DNA of 64,000 bases from an uncultured Candidatus Saccharibacteria bacterium (GCA_964620175.1 CAZUIL010000003.1:4281-68280); one strand, 5' to 3'. Shown: positions 33,850 to 43,046, numbered from the stretch's first letter. The notes: a model not told the origin generated them from the sequence alone. Made by a program: numbers and translations.

Positions 33850-33916
33850 AAGACGGCAGTGAGCATGCGAAGGCTCAATTTGGGTTCATCCCAAATGCAC
33901 CACGCCTGTCCGTCTT
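33850..33916 (+). other. two-tier hairpin downstream of the small ORF
   Basis: AAGACGGCAG (33850-33859) pairs with CTGtCCGTCTT (33906-33916), one bulge. Inner stem 33878-33884/33890-33896. No U-tract follows. Confidence 0.4.
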
Positions 33917-33983
33917 CCCAAGCAAGCTTATCCAGCTTATTTAGGAAGGCGGCCCAACCACTATTTAAGCAAGTTACTTAGCG

Positions 33984-33992
33984 TGTTAAGCT
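33984..33992 (+). promoter_or_regulatory. extended -10 element TGtTAAGCT (leaderless geometry) upstream of the ABC exporter
   Basis: 7 nt upstream of ATG 34000. No Shine-Dalgarno. Confidence 0.35.
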
Positions 33993-33999
33993 TTAAGCA

Positions 34000-35772
34000 A
34001 TGAAGCACATTTGGCGGATTATCCGGTTTTCGGGAAGTTTGTGGCGGTACTACGCTGCAATTTCAATTTTTACGGTTTTGCTGAGCTTGATGAGCCTGCT
34101 CCAACCGCTGTTTACCGGTTGGGCGATTGATGAGATACGGCTTGGTACTGACGCTCATGTCGGCTATGTCGCGATGCTGGCAGTGGCGATTTTTGCGCTG
34201 GATCTAAGCGCAACAGTCTTCAGTAATATTAGCGGCTATTTAGGCGATCAAATGTCCGCCAAACTGAACAAACTATTGAGCCACCGGTATTTCGAACATT
34301 TATTGACGCTGCCCCAACGTTACTTCGATACTGAACTCTCCGGTACGATAATCAACCGTCTCAACCGTTCCATAACGCAAATCACCACGTTCATGCAAAT
34401 GATGAGCAACAACTTTTTGCAGTTCATTTTCAGTACGTTGTTTTCGCTCGTTGTCGTGGCGTTCATCAGTTGGCCGGTAGCGGCGATGCTGTTTGCCCTG
34501 TATCCGATTTACGTGTGGCTTACCTTCCGTACCAGCAACCGGTGGCAGAAATACCAGGAACAGAAAAACCGGCACTTGGATATTGCAACAGGACGGTTTG
34601 CTGAGGCAATTGGCCAGATAAAGGTCGTCAAAAGCTTTATCCAGGAGAGGCGTGAACTTGGCTTCTTTAACAGGCATATGGATGCGTACGCCGCGGTGAA
34701 CCGTCCCCAGTCCAGATTTTGGCACGTTCGCGACGTGCAACGGCGTTTAATCCTGAACGTCATCTTCCTGGGTGTTTTTATGTACGTGTTTGTGCAGGGG
34801 GCGCAAGGCATGCTTTCGCCGGGTGAAGCGGTAACGCTTATACTCTACGCGATGCAGATCCGTATCCCTATCTTTACCATCAGCTTTTTGGTTGAAAACA
34901 CCCAACGGGCAGTTACTGACAGCAAGGACTATTTTGAAATTATGAATATCAGGCCGCAGATAGAAGATGCAGCAGCAGCCAAGCCGCTGAAAGTAACCGC
35001 CGGCCAGGTGGTGTTTGATGACGTGACCTTTGGTTACGATAAGGGGCAGATGGTGCTAAAGGGTATGTCATTTGCGATCGAGCCTGATACCAAGGTCGCA
35101 CTGGTGGGGGAAAGCGGTGAGGGCAAGACGACGCTTACTAACTTGCTCATGCGCCTCTACGAGCCGCAGCGCGGAACAATCATGATTGACAGCCAGGACA
35201 TCCGGCTTGTCACACAAAAAAGCCTGCGCCAAAATATTGGCGTTGTATTCCAGGACCCTGCCCTGTTTAGCGGCACTATTAAGGAAAATATCGGCTATGC
35301 GAAGCCGGGGGCTGATGGCGAAGCGATTATAGCCGCCGCTAAGGCAGCCAATGCCCATGAGTTTATTACGAAGTTTGAGAAGGGATACGATACAGAAATT
35401 GGCGAGCGGGGCTTGAAACTGAGCGGCGGACAGAAACAGCGTATCGCGATTGCACGTGCCTTGCTCAAGGACGCGCCGATACTGATTTTGGACGAAGCGA
35501 CGAGCAGTTTGGATAGCCGCAGTGAAGCAATGGTGCAAGAGGCTTTGGAGCGGCTCATGAAAGGACGTACTACTATAATTATTGCCCATCGCTTGAGCAC
35601 CATCCAAAACGTTGACCAAATCATTACCATCGCCAATGGCAAGATTGGCGAGATGGGGACGCCGCGCAAGTTGGCAGCGAGCGGCGGTATTTACGCCCAG
35701 TTGCTGAAGTTGCAACAAGGGGGGTCAGAAGCAAACAAAAAGAAACTCAAGCAATTTGAAATTTCGGCATAA
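34000..35772 (+). CDS. ABC exporter, fused permease/ATPase (MsbA/type I exporter-like)
   Basis: Six N-terminal TM helices. Walker A GESGEGKTT, signature LSGGQKQR, Walker B ILILDEATS. Confidence 0.9.
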   Translation: MKHIWRIIRFSGSLWRYYAAISIFTVLLSLMSLLQPLFTGWAIDEIRLGTDAHVGYVAMLAVAIFALDLSATVFSNISGYLGDQMSAKLNKLLSHRYFEHLLTLPQRYFDTELSGTIINRLNRSITQITTFMQMMSNNFLQFIFSTLFSLVVVAFISWPVAAMLFALYPIYVWLTFRTSNRWQKYQEQKNRHLDIATGRFAEAIGQIKVVKSFIQERRELGFFNRHMDAYAAVNRPQSRFWHVRDVQRRLILNVIFLGVFMYVFVQGAQGMLSPGEAVTLILYAMQIRIPIFTISFLVENTQRAVTDSKDYFEIMNIRPQIEDAAAAKPLKVTAGQVVFDDVTFGYDKGQMVLKGMSFAIEPDTKVALVGESGEGKTTLTNLLMRLYEPQRGTIMIDSQDIRLVTQKSLRQNIGVVFQDPALFSGTIKENIGYAKPGADGEAIIAAAKAANAHEFITKFEKGYDTEIGERGLKLSGGQKQRIAIARALLKDAPILILDEATSSLDSRSEAMVQEALERLMKGRTTIIIAHRLSTIQNVDQIITIANGKIGEMGTPRKLAASGGIYAQLLKLQQGGSEANKKKLKQFEISA

Positions 35773-35799
35773 CATGTCAAAATTGTACCAGGAATACCT

Positions 35800-38646
35800 A
35801 TGGCGCGACCGAAATCCCGTAAGTCCAGCACAACAAACGGCCGATTGACCAAACTGCAACGTTTCGGGTTGTATTTTCACGACCGGGTATTTGTTACGTT
35901 ATTCCTATGGCTGGTACTCATTGCCATAGGGGTATTTTGTTACGCTAAGCTGTTAACCCGCGAGGGCTTTCCCCGTGTCGAATTGCCGGTCAGCGTAGTG
36001 AGCGGGACATATTTTGTAAACAGCGCTGAACAGGTAGACGCTGAAGTCACGAAGCCTCTGTCCGAATTCATTACGCAGCTGCCGGCCGTCGAAAGCGTCC
36101 ACGCCAGCAGCGGTACCAATTTTTTTACCCTCCAGGTTGAGCATACGGAGGGAACAGACTCCGGCGCGGCGAGCAATACCCTAAAAGAGCGGGTGGCGAA
36201 CGCCGGCTTCTTGCCTGAACGGGCAACGCTGGAGTTTCGGCCAGTACTTTTCGGGGTAGACTTTGCCGGCGAAGGCGATGACATACACATTTCGTTCTTT
36301 AGCCGCAGCGAAGTAAGCGCCGAAACATTAGAAGCCAAGGCGAAATCGGCAGCCGAATACCTGTCTGGCCCTTTCGGGATTGTGGGGGCAGAGCGGGTCA
36401 GGCCGGTAAGTTTGTTTCGCACCGGGAGTGATCCGGCGAGCGGGCAGCCGGTTTCCGAACAAAGCACGTTTGACAAAGTAGGGGTAAGCAACGGCGGCTT
36501 TGTGTTCTATGATTCGGCGATAGTCGCCGTAAAGGCTGAGGCGGGTATTGATGACCTCGAACTCTATGACGCTACGCAAATGGCGCTCGAGCGGCTTCGC
36601 AACGATGCCGCGTTTGAAGGGTATGACGCGGTAATATCAGCCAATTTCGCCGAAGGCATCCGGACACAAATTGCCGGTTTGCAGGAAAGTCTGTTAATTG
36701 GTTTGCTCGCGGTAACGACCGTCTGTTTTCTGCTGATTAGTCTCAGGGCCTCAATTGTTGCAGCTGTTGCAATGGTTTCAGTCATTACGATAACGTTGGG
36801 TATTGTCTATGCTGTTGGGCTGACGCTTAACACAGTAACGCTCTTTTCATTGGTACTCTCGCTTGGGCTGATCGTAGACGATACCATTATCGTTACTGAA
36901 GCGATAGATGCAGGGCGCAGTAAGCGCCTAAAGCGCCGTACCATAGTCGCCGGAGCAATTAAAAAAGTAGCGCTTGCAAGCGTGGCCGGAACATTCACGA
37001 CGATGCTTGCATTCGCTCCCATGTTGTTTATAGGGGGGATTCTAGGCACAATCATTGTAGCGATACCAGTCACGGTTATTATCAGCCTGGCCGTATCACT
37101 ACTCGTTTCGCTAACACTCGTACCATTCCTCTCGCGACTTCTTGTCAACCGCACGGGCCGGAGTTTCAGCCCGCTAAGGGGCATCGAATCTTACATCAGC
37201 GCTCGGTTGGCCGGCGTGATTAGCATAGGCAAGCGTTCATTGAAAAGGCTGGCTGTGATTGGATCTGCGGCGATTCTGTTGAGCATTGCTATGGTGGTGG
37301 CCGGCGTGGTCTTGTTCCAGCATGTGAAGTTTAATATTTTTCCGGCAGCCAAAGATACCAATGCGCTTCAGTTGGCGCTGCGTTTTCCGCTGTCAACAGA
37401 TTTGCAGCGTGCAGAAGAACTGACGGGGGAGGTAGCCGGCAGGGCGGCTGAGGTACTGGGGCCCAACATCGAGCAGGCGACGCTGAGTGGTACAGGATCC
37501 GCAAGCGGCGTGCTCCTGAATATGGAGTTGATACCGTATGACGAGCGTGAGGTAACTTCACCGCAGCTTGTCAACCAATTGGAGACGGCATTTGCCCAGT
37601 ATGACAAGGCTGATGTGCAGGTGCGGCAAATCGATGTTGGGCCGCCGCCTGGTACGTTCGGCGTTCGGATTTATGCCGAGGACCGGGACCGCGCGCTCCA
37701 GCTGGCGCGGGACATCGCAGCGTTTTTGGCGGATCAAACGGTTACCCGCCCCACCGGTACGACTGCAAGGCTGGAGGACGTACAGGTGGCAAACGAAACC
37801 TCAATCCTCAGGAGCGACGGACGGAAATATGTCGAGGTACGGGCTGGATTTGATGCGAACGATACGTCGGCCTTGGTGACGCTAGCTCAGGATTTGGTAG
37901 AGGAGGAGTTCACACCGGACCGTATCGCCCAGTACGGATTGGACGAAGCAGCGCTGGCCTATGATTTCGGCAGTGAATCTGATAACCAGGAATCGTTTAA
38001 ATCTATGGTTATTGCATTTCCAATCCTATTGGCTGCCATGTATCTGCTACTGGCGTTTCAGTTCCGTAGCCTCTCCCAGCCGCTTATGATATTTCTAGCC
38101 ATACCGTTCAGCATATTCGGAGTTACCGGCGGCCTGCTTATAACCAATAACCCGTTCAGCTTTTTCACCTTAATCGGGGTGTTCGCGCTTATCGGCATTA
38201 GCGTCAATAACACGATACTGCTCACAGACTATGCGAACCAGGCACGCCGGACCGGGAAGCGCCGCCTTGAGGCGATTGCCTCGGCGGTCCAAGAACGGTT
38301 CCGACCGTTACTGACTACCAGTTTGACGAGCGTTGTGGCACTCATTCCCTTGGCGTTGACCGATCCGTTTTGGGAAAGCCTAGCCGTAACGCTGATGTTT
38401 GGGCTACTTTCCAGCACGTTCTTGGTCGTCGTCGCGTTTCCGTATTATTACCTGGCGGTAGAGGTGCTGCGGCTACGCTTTTCAAGGCTTGCGGTTATCA
38501 CTTGGATACTGCTGCTTGGCGGCGGCACCCTAGCATTATCTAAGTTCGCGCAGACTGAGGTCGTCATAGTCTGGGCCATGGTATGGCTGCTTTACCCCAT
38601 CATGCGGAGCATTACCTCTAAGATCACCCAGCGCTTGGTATACTAA
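35800..38646 (+). CDS. RND-superfamily efflux transporter (AcrB-like, 948 aa)
   Basis: 12-TM architecture with two large extracytoplasmic loops. AcrB-like motifs (LSLGLIVDDTIIVTEAI, IGISVNNTILL). Confidence 0.8.
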   Translation: MARPKSRKSSTTNGRLTKLQRFGLYFHDRVFVTLFLWLVLIAIGVFCYAKLLTREGFPRVELPVSVVSGTYFVNSAEQVDAEVTKPLSEFITQLPAVESVHASSGTNFFTLQVEHTEGTDSGAASNTLKERVANAGFLPERATLEFRPVLFGVDFAGEGDDIHISFFSRSEVSAETLEAKAKSAAEYLSGPFGIVGAERVRPVSLFRTGSDPASGQPVSEQSTFDKVGVSNGGFVFYDSAIVAVKAEAGIDDLELYDATQMALERLRNDAAFEGYDAVISANFAEGIRTQIAGLQESLLIGLLAVTTVCFLLISLRASIVAAVAMVSVITITLGIVYAVGLTLNTVTLFSLVLSLGLIVDDTIIVTEAIDAGRSKRLKRRTIVAGAIKKVALASVAGTFTTMLAFAPMLFIGGILGTIIVAIPVTVIISLAVSLLVSLTLVPFLSRLLVNRTGRSFSPLRGIESYISARLAGVISIGKRSLKRLAVIGSAAILLSIAMVVAGVVLFQHVKFNIFPAAKDTNALQLALRFPLSTDLQRAEELTGEVAGRAAEVLGPNIEQATLSGTGSASGVLLNMELIPYDEREVTSPQLVNQLETAFAQYDKADVQVRQIDVGPPPGTFGVRIYAEDRDRALQLARDIAAFLADQTVTRPTGTTARLEDVQVANETSILRSDGRKYVEVRAGFDANDTSALVTLAQDLVEEEFTPDRIAQYGLDEAALAYDFGSESDNQESFKSMVIAFPILLAAMYLLLAFQFRSLSQPLMIFLAIPFSIFGVTGGLLITNNPFSFFTLIGVFALIGISVNNTILLTDYANQARRTGKRRLEAIASAVQERFRPLLTTSLTSVVALIPLALTDPFWESLAVTLMFGLLSSTFLVVVAFPYYYLAVEVLRLRFSRLAVITWILLLGGGTLALSKFAQTEVVIVWAMVWLLYPIMRSITSKITQRLVY

Positions 38647-38651
38647 TTGGC

Positions 38652-39137
38652 ATGAGAAAGGCGGTACGGGCGATCATAGTCCGCGGCAATAAGCTGCTGG
38701 CCATGAAGCGCAATAAGTTTGGAAAAGAATACTATACCCTGGTTGGCGGCGGCATAGACTATGGCGAATCCGCCGAGCAGGCGCTCGCCCGTGAGGTTAG
38801 GGAGGAATCAGGGCTGACAGTTACCGATTGTCGCCTTGTGTACATAGAGGAAGCCGGTGACCCTTTTGGGACACAGTACATATACCTTTGCAGTGACAAT
38901 GGCGGTGATATCGCCCTGTCGCCTGATTCCGAAGAAGCCGCCATCCATCTGCTCGGTGAGAACCAGTATCTCCCGGTATGGATCAGTATCAAGGAGCTGG
39001 CAGCGCTGCCATTCAGGTCGGAAACGCTTAAGCAGCATTTGCTTGAATCGTTCAAAAACGGCTTTCCCCTCTCACCAAAGACTTTACAACCAACTGTTGA
39101 CATACGGTACAATAACTCAAAGCGGAAAGGAGATTAA
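38652..39137 (+). CDS. NUDIX hydrolase
   Basis: Nudix box GGGIDYGESAEQALAREVREESGL. Confidence 0.85.
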   Translation: MRKAVRAIIVRGNKLLAMKRNKFGKEYYTLVGGGIDYGESAEQALAREVREESGLTVTDCRLVYIEEAGDPFGTQYIYLCSDNGGDIALSPDSEEAAIHLLGENQYLPVWISIKELAALPFRSETLKQHLLESFKNGFPLSPKTLQPTVDIRYNNSKRKGD

Positions 39138-39692
39138 ATGGCCAGTAAAAAGCAAAGGGCCTTGGCCCTGATAATTGCAGTTTTGTTTTTTGCCACTTCA
39201 GTAGCGACGACCGGCCTGGTGCTGTGGCAAATGCAGGAAGAGAAGGACCAGCAACAGGCGCTCGCCACTATCCAAGAAGAGTTAAACGCTAATGTCAACC
39301 AAACGCCATCAGGAGAAAATATGCTTAAAGGAACCAAGCTCGAAAACTTCACGCCCGTAAGCAGTGTCGAATCATTACAAATCACAGACGTCAGTGTCGG
39401 CTCCGGCGCTGAAGCGAAACCCGGCGCTGTCGTAACCGCCCACTACACCGGAGCACTCGCGAAGGACGGGACGATATTCGAAAGCTCGAAAGACGCCGGC
39501 CAACCGGCAACCTTCCCATTGGCGCAGGTTATCCAAGGGTGGCAGGAGGGAGTTCCAGGCATGAAAGAGGGCGGTGTCCGGCGCTTGATTATTCCGGCTG
39601 CGATGGCGTACGGTGAAGCAGGTGCCCCGCCGACTATCGGACCCAACGAACCGCTGGTTTTTGATATCGAACTTGTGAAAGTGGAGCAATAA
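39138..39692 (+). CDS. FKBP-type peptidyl-prolyl cis-trans isomerase, membrane-anchored
   Basis: N-terminal TM plus an FKBP domain (VTAHYTGAL.DGTIFESS..., VIQGWQEGVPGMKEGGVRRLIIP, LVFDIELV). Confidence 0.85.
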   Translation: MASKKQRALALIIAVLFFATSVATTGLVLWQMQEEKDQQQALATIQEELNANVNQTPSGENMLKGTKLENFTPVSSVESLQITDVSVGSGAEAKPGAVVTAHYTGALAKDGTIFESSKDAGQPATFPLAQVIQGWQEGVPGMKEGGVRRLIIPAAMAYGEAGAPPTIGPNEPLVFDIELVKVEQ

Positions 39693-39710
39693 ACACAACA
39701 TATAGCGTAC

Positions 39711-39739
39711 TTGACATTAATGGAAACGCTAGATATGCT
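39711..39739 (+). promoter_or_regulatory. sigma70-type promoter upstream of the glutaredoxin-like gene
   Basis: TTGACA (39711-39716), 17-nt spacer, TATGCT (39734-39739). GAAGGAGGG Shine-Dalgarno before ATG 39788. Confidence 0.5.
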
Positions 39740-39787
39740 AAAGGTTATCACGACCGCTAAAATAAATAATGGCTGAAGGAGGGTACC

Positions 39788-40036
39788 ATGCCAAAAAACA
39801 TTACTATATTTACGACCAACACTTGCGCTTACTGTGTAATGGTCAAGCGTTGGCTAAGCAGCAAAGGCTTGCCGTACGAGGAAGTCAACCTCGAGGAACA
39901 CCCGGAACGCCAAGCGGAGGCGCTTGAAGTCAGCGGCGCGTTGACCGTACCGGTCACCGTTGTTACCAGACAGGACGATTCCAAGGAGGTGGTGGTAGGG
40001 TATAACCTCGCAAAACTGGCGCCAGCCGTAGCTTAA
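39788..40036 (+). CDS. glutaredoxin-like protein (NrdH-like)
   Basis: 82 aa, CAYC redox motif near the N-terminus (IFTTNTCAYCVMVKRWL), TVP...G. Confidence 0.75.
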   Translation: MPKNITIFTTNTCAYCVMVKRWLSSKGLPYEEVNLEEHPERQAEALEVSGALTVPVTVVTRQDDSKEVVVGYNLAKLAPAVA

Positions 40037-40104
40037 GATCACTGCCGGGGAGCACAGCCTGCGGCAAGCAGCCCTTCACGCGTTACAAAAATAATGAGAA
40101 GATA

Positions 40105-41109
40105 ATGGCAATGGAAGAACAACATGCACCGGTCACCGGTAAAGTATGGGATGTAGTAATCATCGGCGGCGGCCCAGCCGCATTATCAGCAGCGATATAT
40201 ACCACAAGGGAAGATATCGATACGTTGGTTATAGAAAAGGGTGTGGTCGGCGGACTGGCGGCGATTACCGATTGGGTGGACAATTACCCGGGCTTTGCCA
40301 AAGGCGTGTCGGGACTTGAGCTTGCAGAAGCAATGCGCCAGCAGGCTGAGCGCTTCGGCACTCAATTTGAATATGCTGAAGTAACCGGCATTCAGGACAA
40401 GGGCAGCACCAAAGTACTGGCTACCACCAGTGGTGAAATAAAGGCCAGGGCCATATTAATTGCTACAGGCAGTGACTATAAAAAAATCGGGGTTCCGGGA
40501 GAGCAGGAGTTCTATGGACGTGGTGTCCACTACTGTGCGACATGCGACGGGGCGTTCTATCGTGACAAGCACCTCGTGCTGGTAGGGGGAGGTAATTCAG
40601 CCGTGCAGGAAGCTGTTTTTTTGACCCGTTTTGCCTCCGGCATTGATTTGCTGGTACGGAGCGACAAGCTGCGGGCGTCTGAAATCCTGCAGCATGAACT
40701 AGGCCGGCATAAGGATAAGATCAAGGTGCACTTTAATACCACGACCGATGAAATCATCGGCGAGAACGGCAAGGTCACGAAGGTAGTTGGTACCGACAAA
40801 GTAACGGGTAAAAAGGTGGAGTTTCCCACGGACGGCGTGTTTGTTTTTGTCGGTTTGAAGCCGAACACCCAGTTCCTCCAGGGGATAGTACAGTTGGACG
40901 AGATCGGGTTTGTAAAGTCCAATACCGAGCTGGCCACGAATATACCAGGCATTTTTGTGGCAGGTGACGTCCGAAGCGGTGCCACTATGCAAATTGCCAG
41001 TGCAACCGGCGAAGGCGCAACTGCCGCGCTGATGATACGCAAATACCTTGAGGTGCTTGACAAGCACGTCCCGACCGCTGAGCATCCCTCGCAAATGGCC
41101 AAAGTATAG
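40105..41109 (+). CDS. trxB: thioredoxin-disulfide reductase
   Basis: FAD motif GGGPAALSAAIY, redox-active CATCDG, NADPH motif GGGNSAVQEA. Confidence 0.9.
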   Translation: MAMEEQHAPVTGKVWDVVIIGGGPAALSAAIYTTREDIDTLVIEKGVVGGLAAITDWVDNYPGFAKGVSGLELAEAMRQQAERFGTQFEYAEVTGIQDKGSTKVLATTSGEIKARAILIATGSDYKKIGVPGEQEFYGRGVHYCATCDGAFYRDKHLVLVGGGNSAVQEAVFLTRFASGIDLLVRSDKLRASEILQHELGRHKDKIKVHFNTTTDEIIGENGKVTKVVGTDKVTGKKVEFPTDGVFVFVGLKPNTQFLQGIVQLDEIGFVKSNTELATNIPGIFVAGDVRSGATMQIASATGEGATAALMIRKYLEVLDKHVPTAEHPSQMAKV

Positions 41110-41118
41110 CAAAACTAT

Positions 41119-41145
41119 TTGACGGCTAATTTCTCTTGCTACAAT
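41119..41145 (+). promoter_or_regulatory. promoter with extended -10 (TGcTACAAT) upstream of the cupredoxin gene
   Basis: TTGACG (41119-41124), 15-nt spacer, TG at 41137-41138, TACAAT at 41140-41145. GGAGGAGG Shine-Dalgarno follows. Confidence 0.45.
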
Positions 41146-41165
41146 AGAGCAGGAGGAGGTATGTC

Positions 41166-41645
41166 ATGAGACGAGCAATCATAACAATAGTAGTAGTCAT
41201 CGGGCTTGTGGTGGCAGCGGTGCTGCTCATACCCGCATTAGGCAGTGACAACGGCGAGGAGAACACTGCCGACACATCGGAGGTAGAATTCGGGAATAGC
41301 ACCAGTGGCGAAAACGGTGCTGTGCAGAATGGCCAGTCGCCATCTGGCCAGACAGACGACGGAACGAACGGCGGGGACGAGGACCAGGGCGAAGCGTCAG
41401 TCAATATTGATAATATGCAATTTTCGCCCGGTACCATAACGGTAAAGAGAGGGACGACGGTCACCTGGACTAACAACGATAGCCTGACGCATACTGTCAC
41501 GCCTGATAGCGAAACGGATGAATTCCGGGGCAGCTCATTGAGTCCTGGCGAGACATATGCGGTTACATTCAATACAACCGGTACCTATAACTACCATTGC
41601 CAGCCCCATCCGCATATGACGGGTACGGTAACCGTTATAGAGTAG
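41166..41645 (+). CDS. secreted type-1 copper protein (cupredoxin, amicyanin/plastocyanin-like)
   Basis: N-terminal TM/signal and a Gly/Asn/Glu-rich linker. Copper ligands THTV...YHCQPHPHMTG (C-x2-H-x2-M as in amicyanin). Confidence 0.8.
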   Translation: MRRAIITIVVVIGLVVAAVLLIPALGSDNGEENTADTSEVEFGNSTSGENGAVQNGQSPSGQTDDGTNGGDEDQGEASVNIDNMQFSPGTITVKRGTTVTWTNNDSLTHTVTPDSETDEFRGSSLSPGETYAVTFNTTGTYNYHCQPHPHMTGTVTVIE

Positions 41646-41655
41646 ACGCTAACTG

Positions 41656-42357
41656 TCAAACCGGTGTGTAACCGGGGAAACTATCGATGACGAGTTGCAT
41701 ACGGTCCGCTCCACTATCGAGCAGTTGCTCGTTCAGTGCTGCCACCATTGGTTCTGGACCTGAAAGATAAATGAGGCGTTCGTTCGCTGACGGGCATAGC
41801 CCCAGTATGCGCTTACCGGTAAGCCGGCCGGATTGGCCGCTCCAACCGGCTGGCGGATCCCTGGGTACTAAAGTGACCGGTATTCCCGCTGCCTCAAACA
41901 GCTCCAAAAAAGCCGCTTGTTCGGCGGAGCTAACGGCGTAAATCATTTGGATGTCGCGTCTTGAGCCGGTGTCGAGCAGCCATTTGGCCATGCTGCGCAT
42001 AGGGGTCAGGCCTATACCCCCGGCAACAAAAAGCAACGGCCGGGCTTGGTCTTGCGGCAAGACAAAATCACCCATCGGTTCCGATACCTCTATACTGTCG
42101 CCAGGCCGCAGCGCGCGCAGGTATTGCTTGAACGCGCTGCCCTTATGGCTAAGCTTGGTCGTTATGCTGATGAGTTGTTCGGTTGGCGAAGAAGATAGGG
42201 TAAACCAATGTGCTGTGCCCCGTTCATCAGGGTTTGGTATCGGCAACGACACCGCGATGAACTGCCCTGCAGTGTACGAAAGAGGTTTCTCTGGCGTAAA
42301 CCAAAACGTCATGATGTCTTTCGTTTCAGGATGGGTATGGCTCAGGACAGCTCTCAT
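41656..42357 (-). CDS. FNR-family FAD/NAD(P)-binding oxidoreductase
   Basis: Start moved to ATG 42357 to avoid overlapping the upstream gene. RxYS-like HWFTLSS, then GGIGLTPM and a C-terminal NAD domain. Confidence 0.7.
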   Translation of the reverse strand: MRAVLSHTHPETKDIMTFWFTPEKPLSYTAGQFIAVSLPIPNPDERGTAHWFTLSSSPTEQLISITTKLSHKGSAFKQYLRALRPGDSIEVSEPMGDFVLPQDQARPLLFVAGGIGLTPMRSMAKWLLDTGSRRDIQMIYAVSSAEQAAFLELFEAAGIPVTLVPRDPPAGWSGQSGRLTGKRILGLCPSANERLIYLSGPEPMVAALNEQLLDSGADRMQLVIDSFPGYTPV

Positions 42358-42380
42358 AGCACTTTTAGTATAGCCTGCCT

Positions 42381-43046
42381 TTAATTTATCAATCGGTCTG
42401 GCCGATCGGTAATTACGCCTGCCAACCCATACCGTGCCATGTGGTGGGCCCGTTCGGGTGCGTTCAGAGTATATGTGTCGAGCTGGTACCCCAGCCGAGT
42501 GAATGCGATGATGGCGCCGGGCCACAGAACGTTTTTGTTCATGGCTATGTGGCGGGTGTTGAACCGCCTGGCTTTCAGTAGGGCCCTAATTCCCGACCAG
42601 CGTTCGTTAATTACGATTGGTATCCCAGGTTGGTGCAGCTGCAGCTGTGACAGGGTATTGGCATCAAATGCGGCAAACACGAAGTCGTTCGGCTGCCATC
42701 CCTTGGCAAGGAACGCGCTTACTACTGTCACCACCGACGGGACTGCTGAGCGGTCTTTTATGTCTATTCGGAGCGGTACTTTGCGCCCGACGGCGCCGAT
42801 TGCCGCTTCGAGTGTGGCAAGGCCTGGTAGCGCTCGTTGGAGCTCGTCCAGCGTGAGCATCGATACCGATGAATGCCCTTTGCCGGTGCCAACCTTTGGA
42901 TCGTGCAACAGAACGACCACGTTGTCTTTAGTCGCGTGGACGTCAACTTCAATTTCCTGGGCGCCGCATTGCAGCGCCTTTTTAATTGCGGCGAGCGAAT
43001 TGGCCGGCGCGAGTCCGGCAGCACCGCGGTGGCCGATTACCTTCAT
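42381..43046 (-). CDS. glycerophosphodiester phosphodiesterase family protein
   Basis: VIGHRGAAGLAPANSL...EIEVDVH... Confidence 0.8.
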   Translation of the reverse strand: MKVIGHRGAAGLAPANSLAAIKKALQCGAQEIEVDVHATKDNVVVLLHDPKVGTGKGHSSVSMLTLDELQRALPGLATLEAAIGAVGRKVPLRIDIKDRSAVPSVVTVVSAFLAKGWQPNDFVFAAFDANTLSQLQLHQPGIPIVINERWSGIRALLKARRFNTRHIAMNKNVLWPGAIIAFTRLGYQLDTYTLNAPERAHHMARYGLAGVITDRPDRLIN

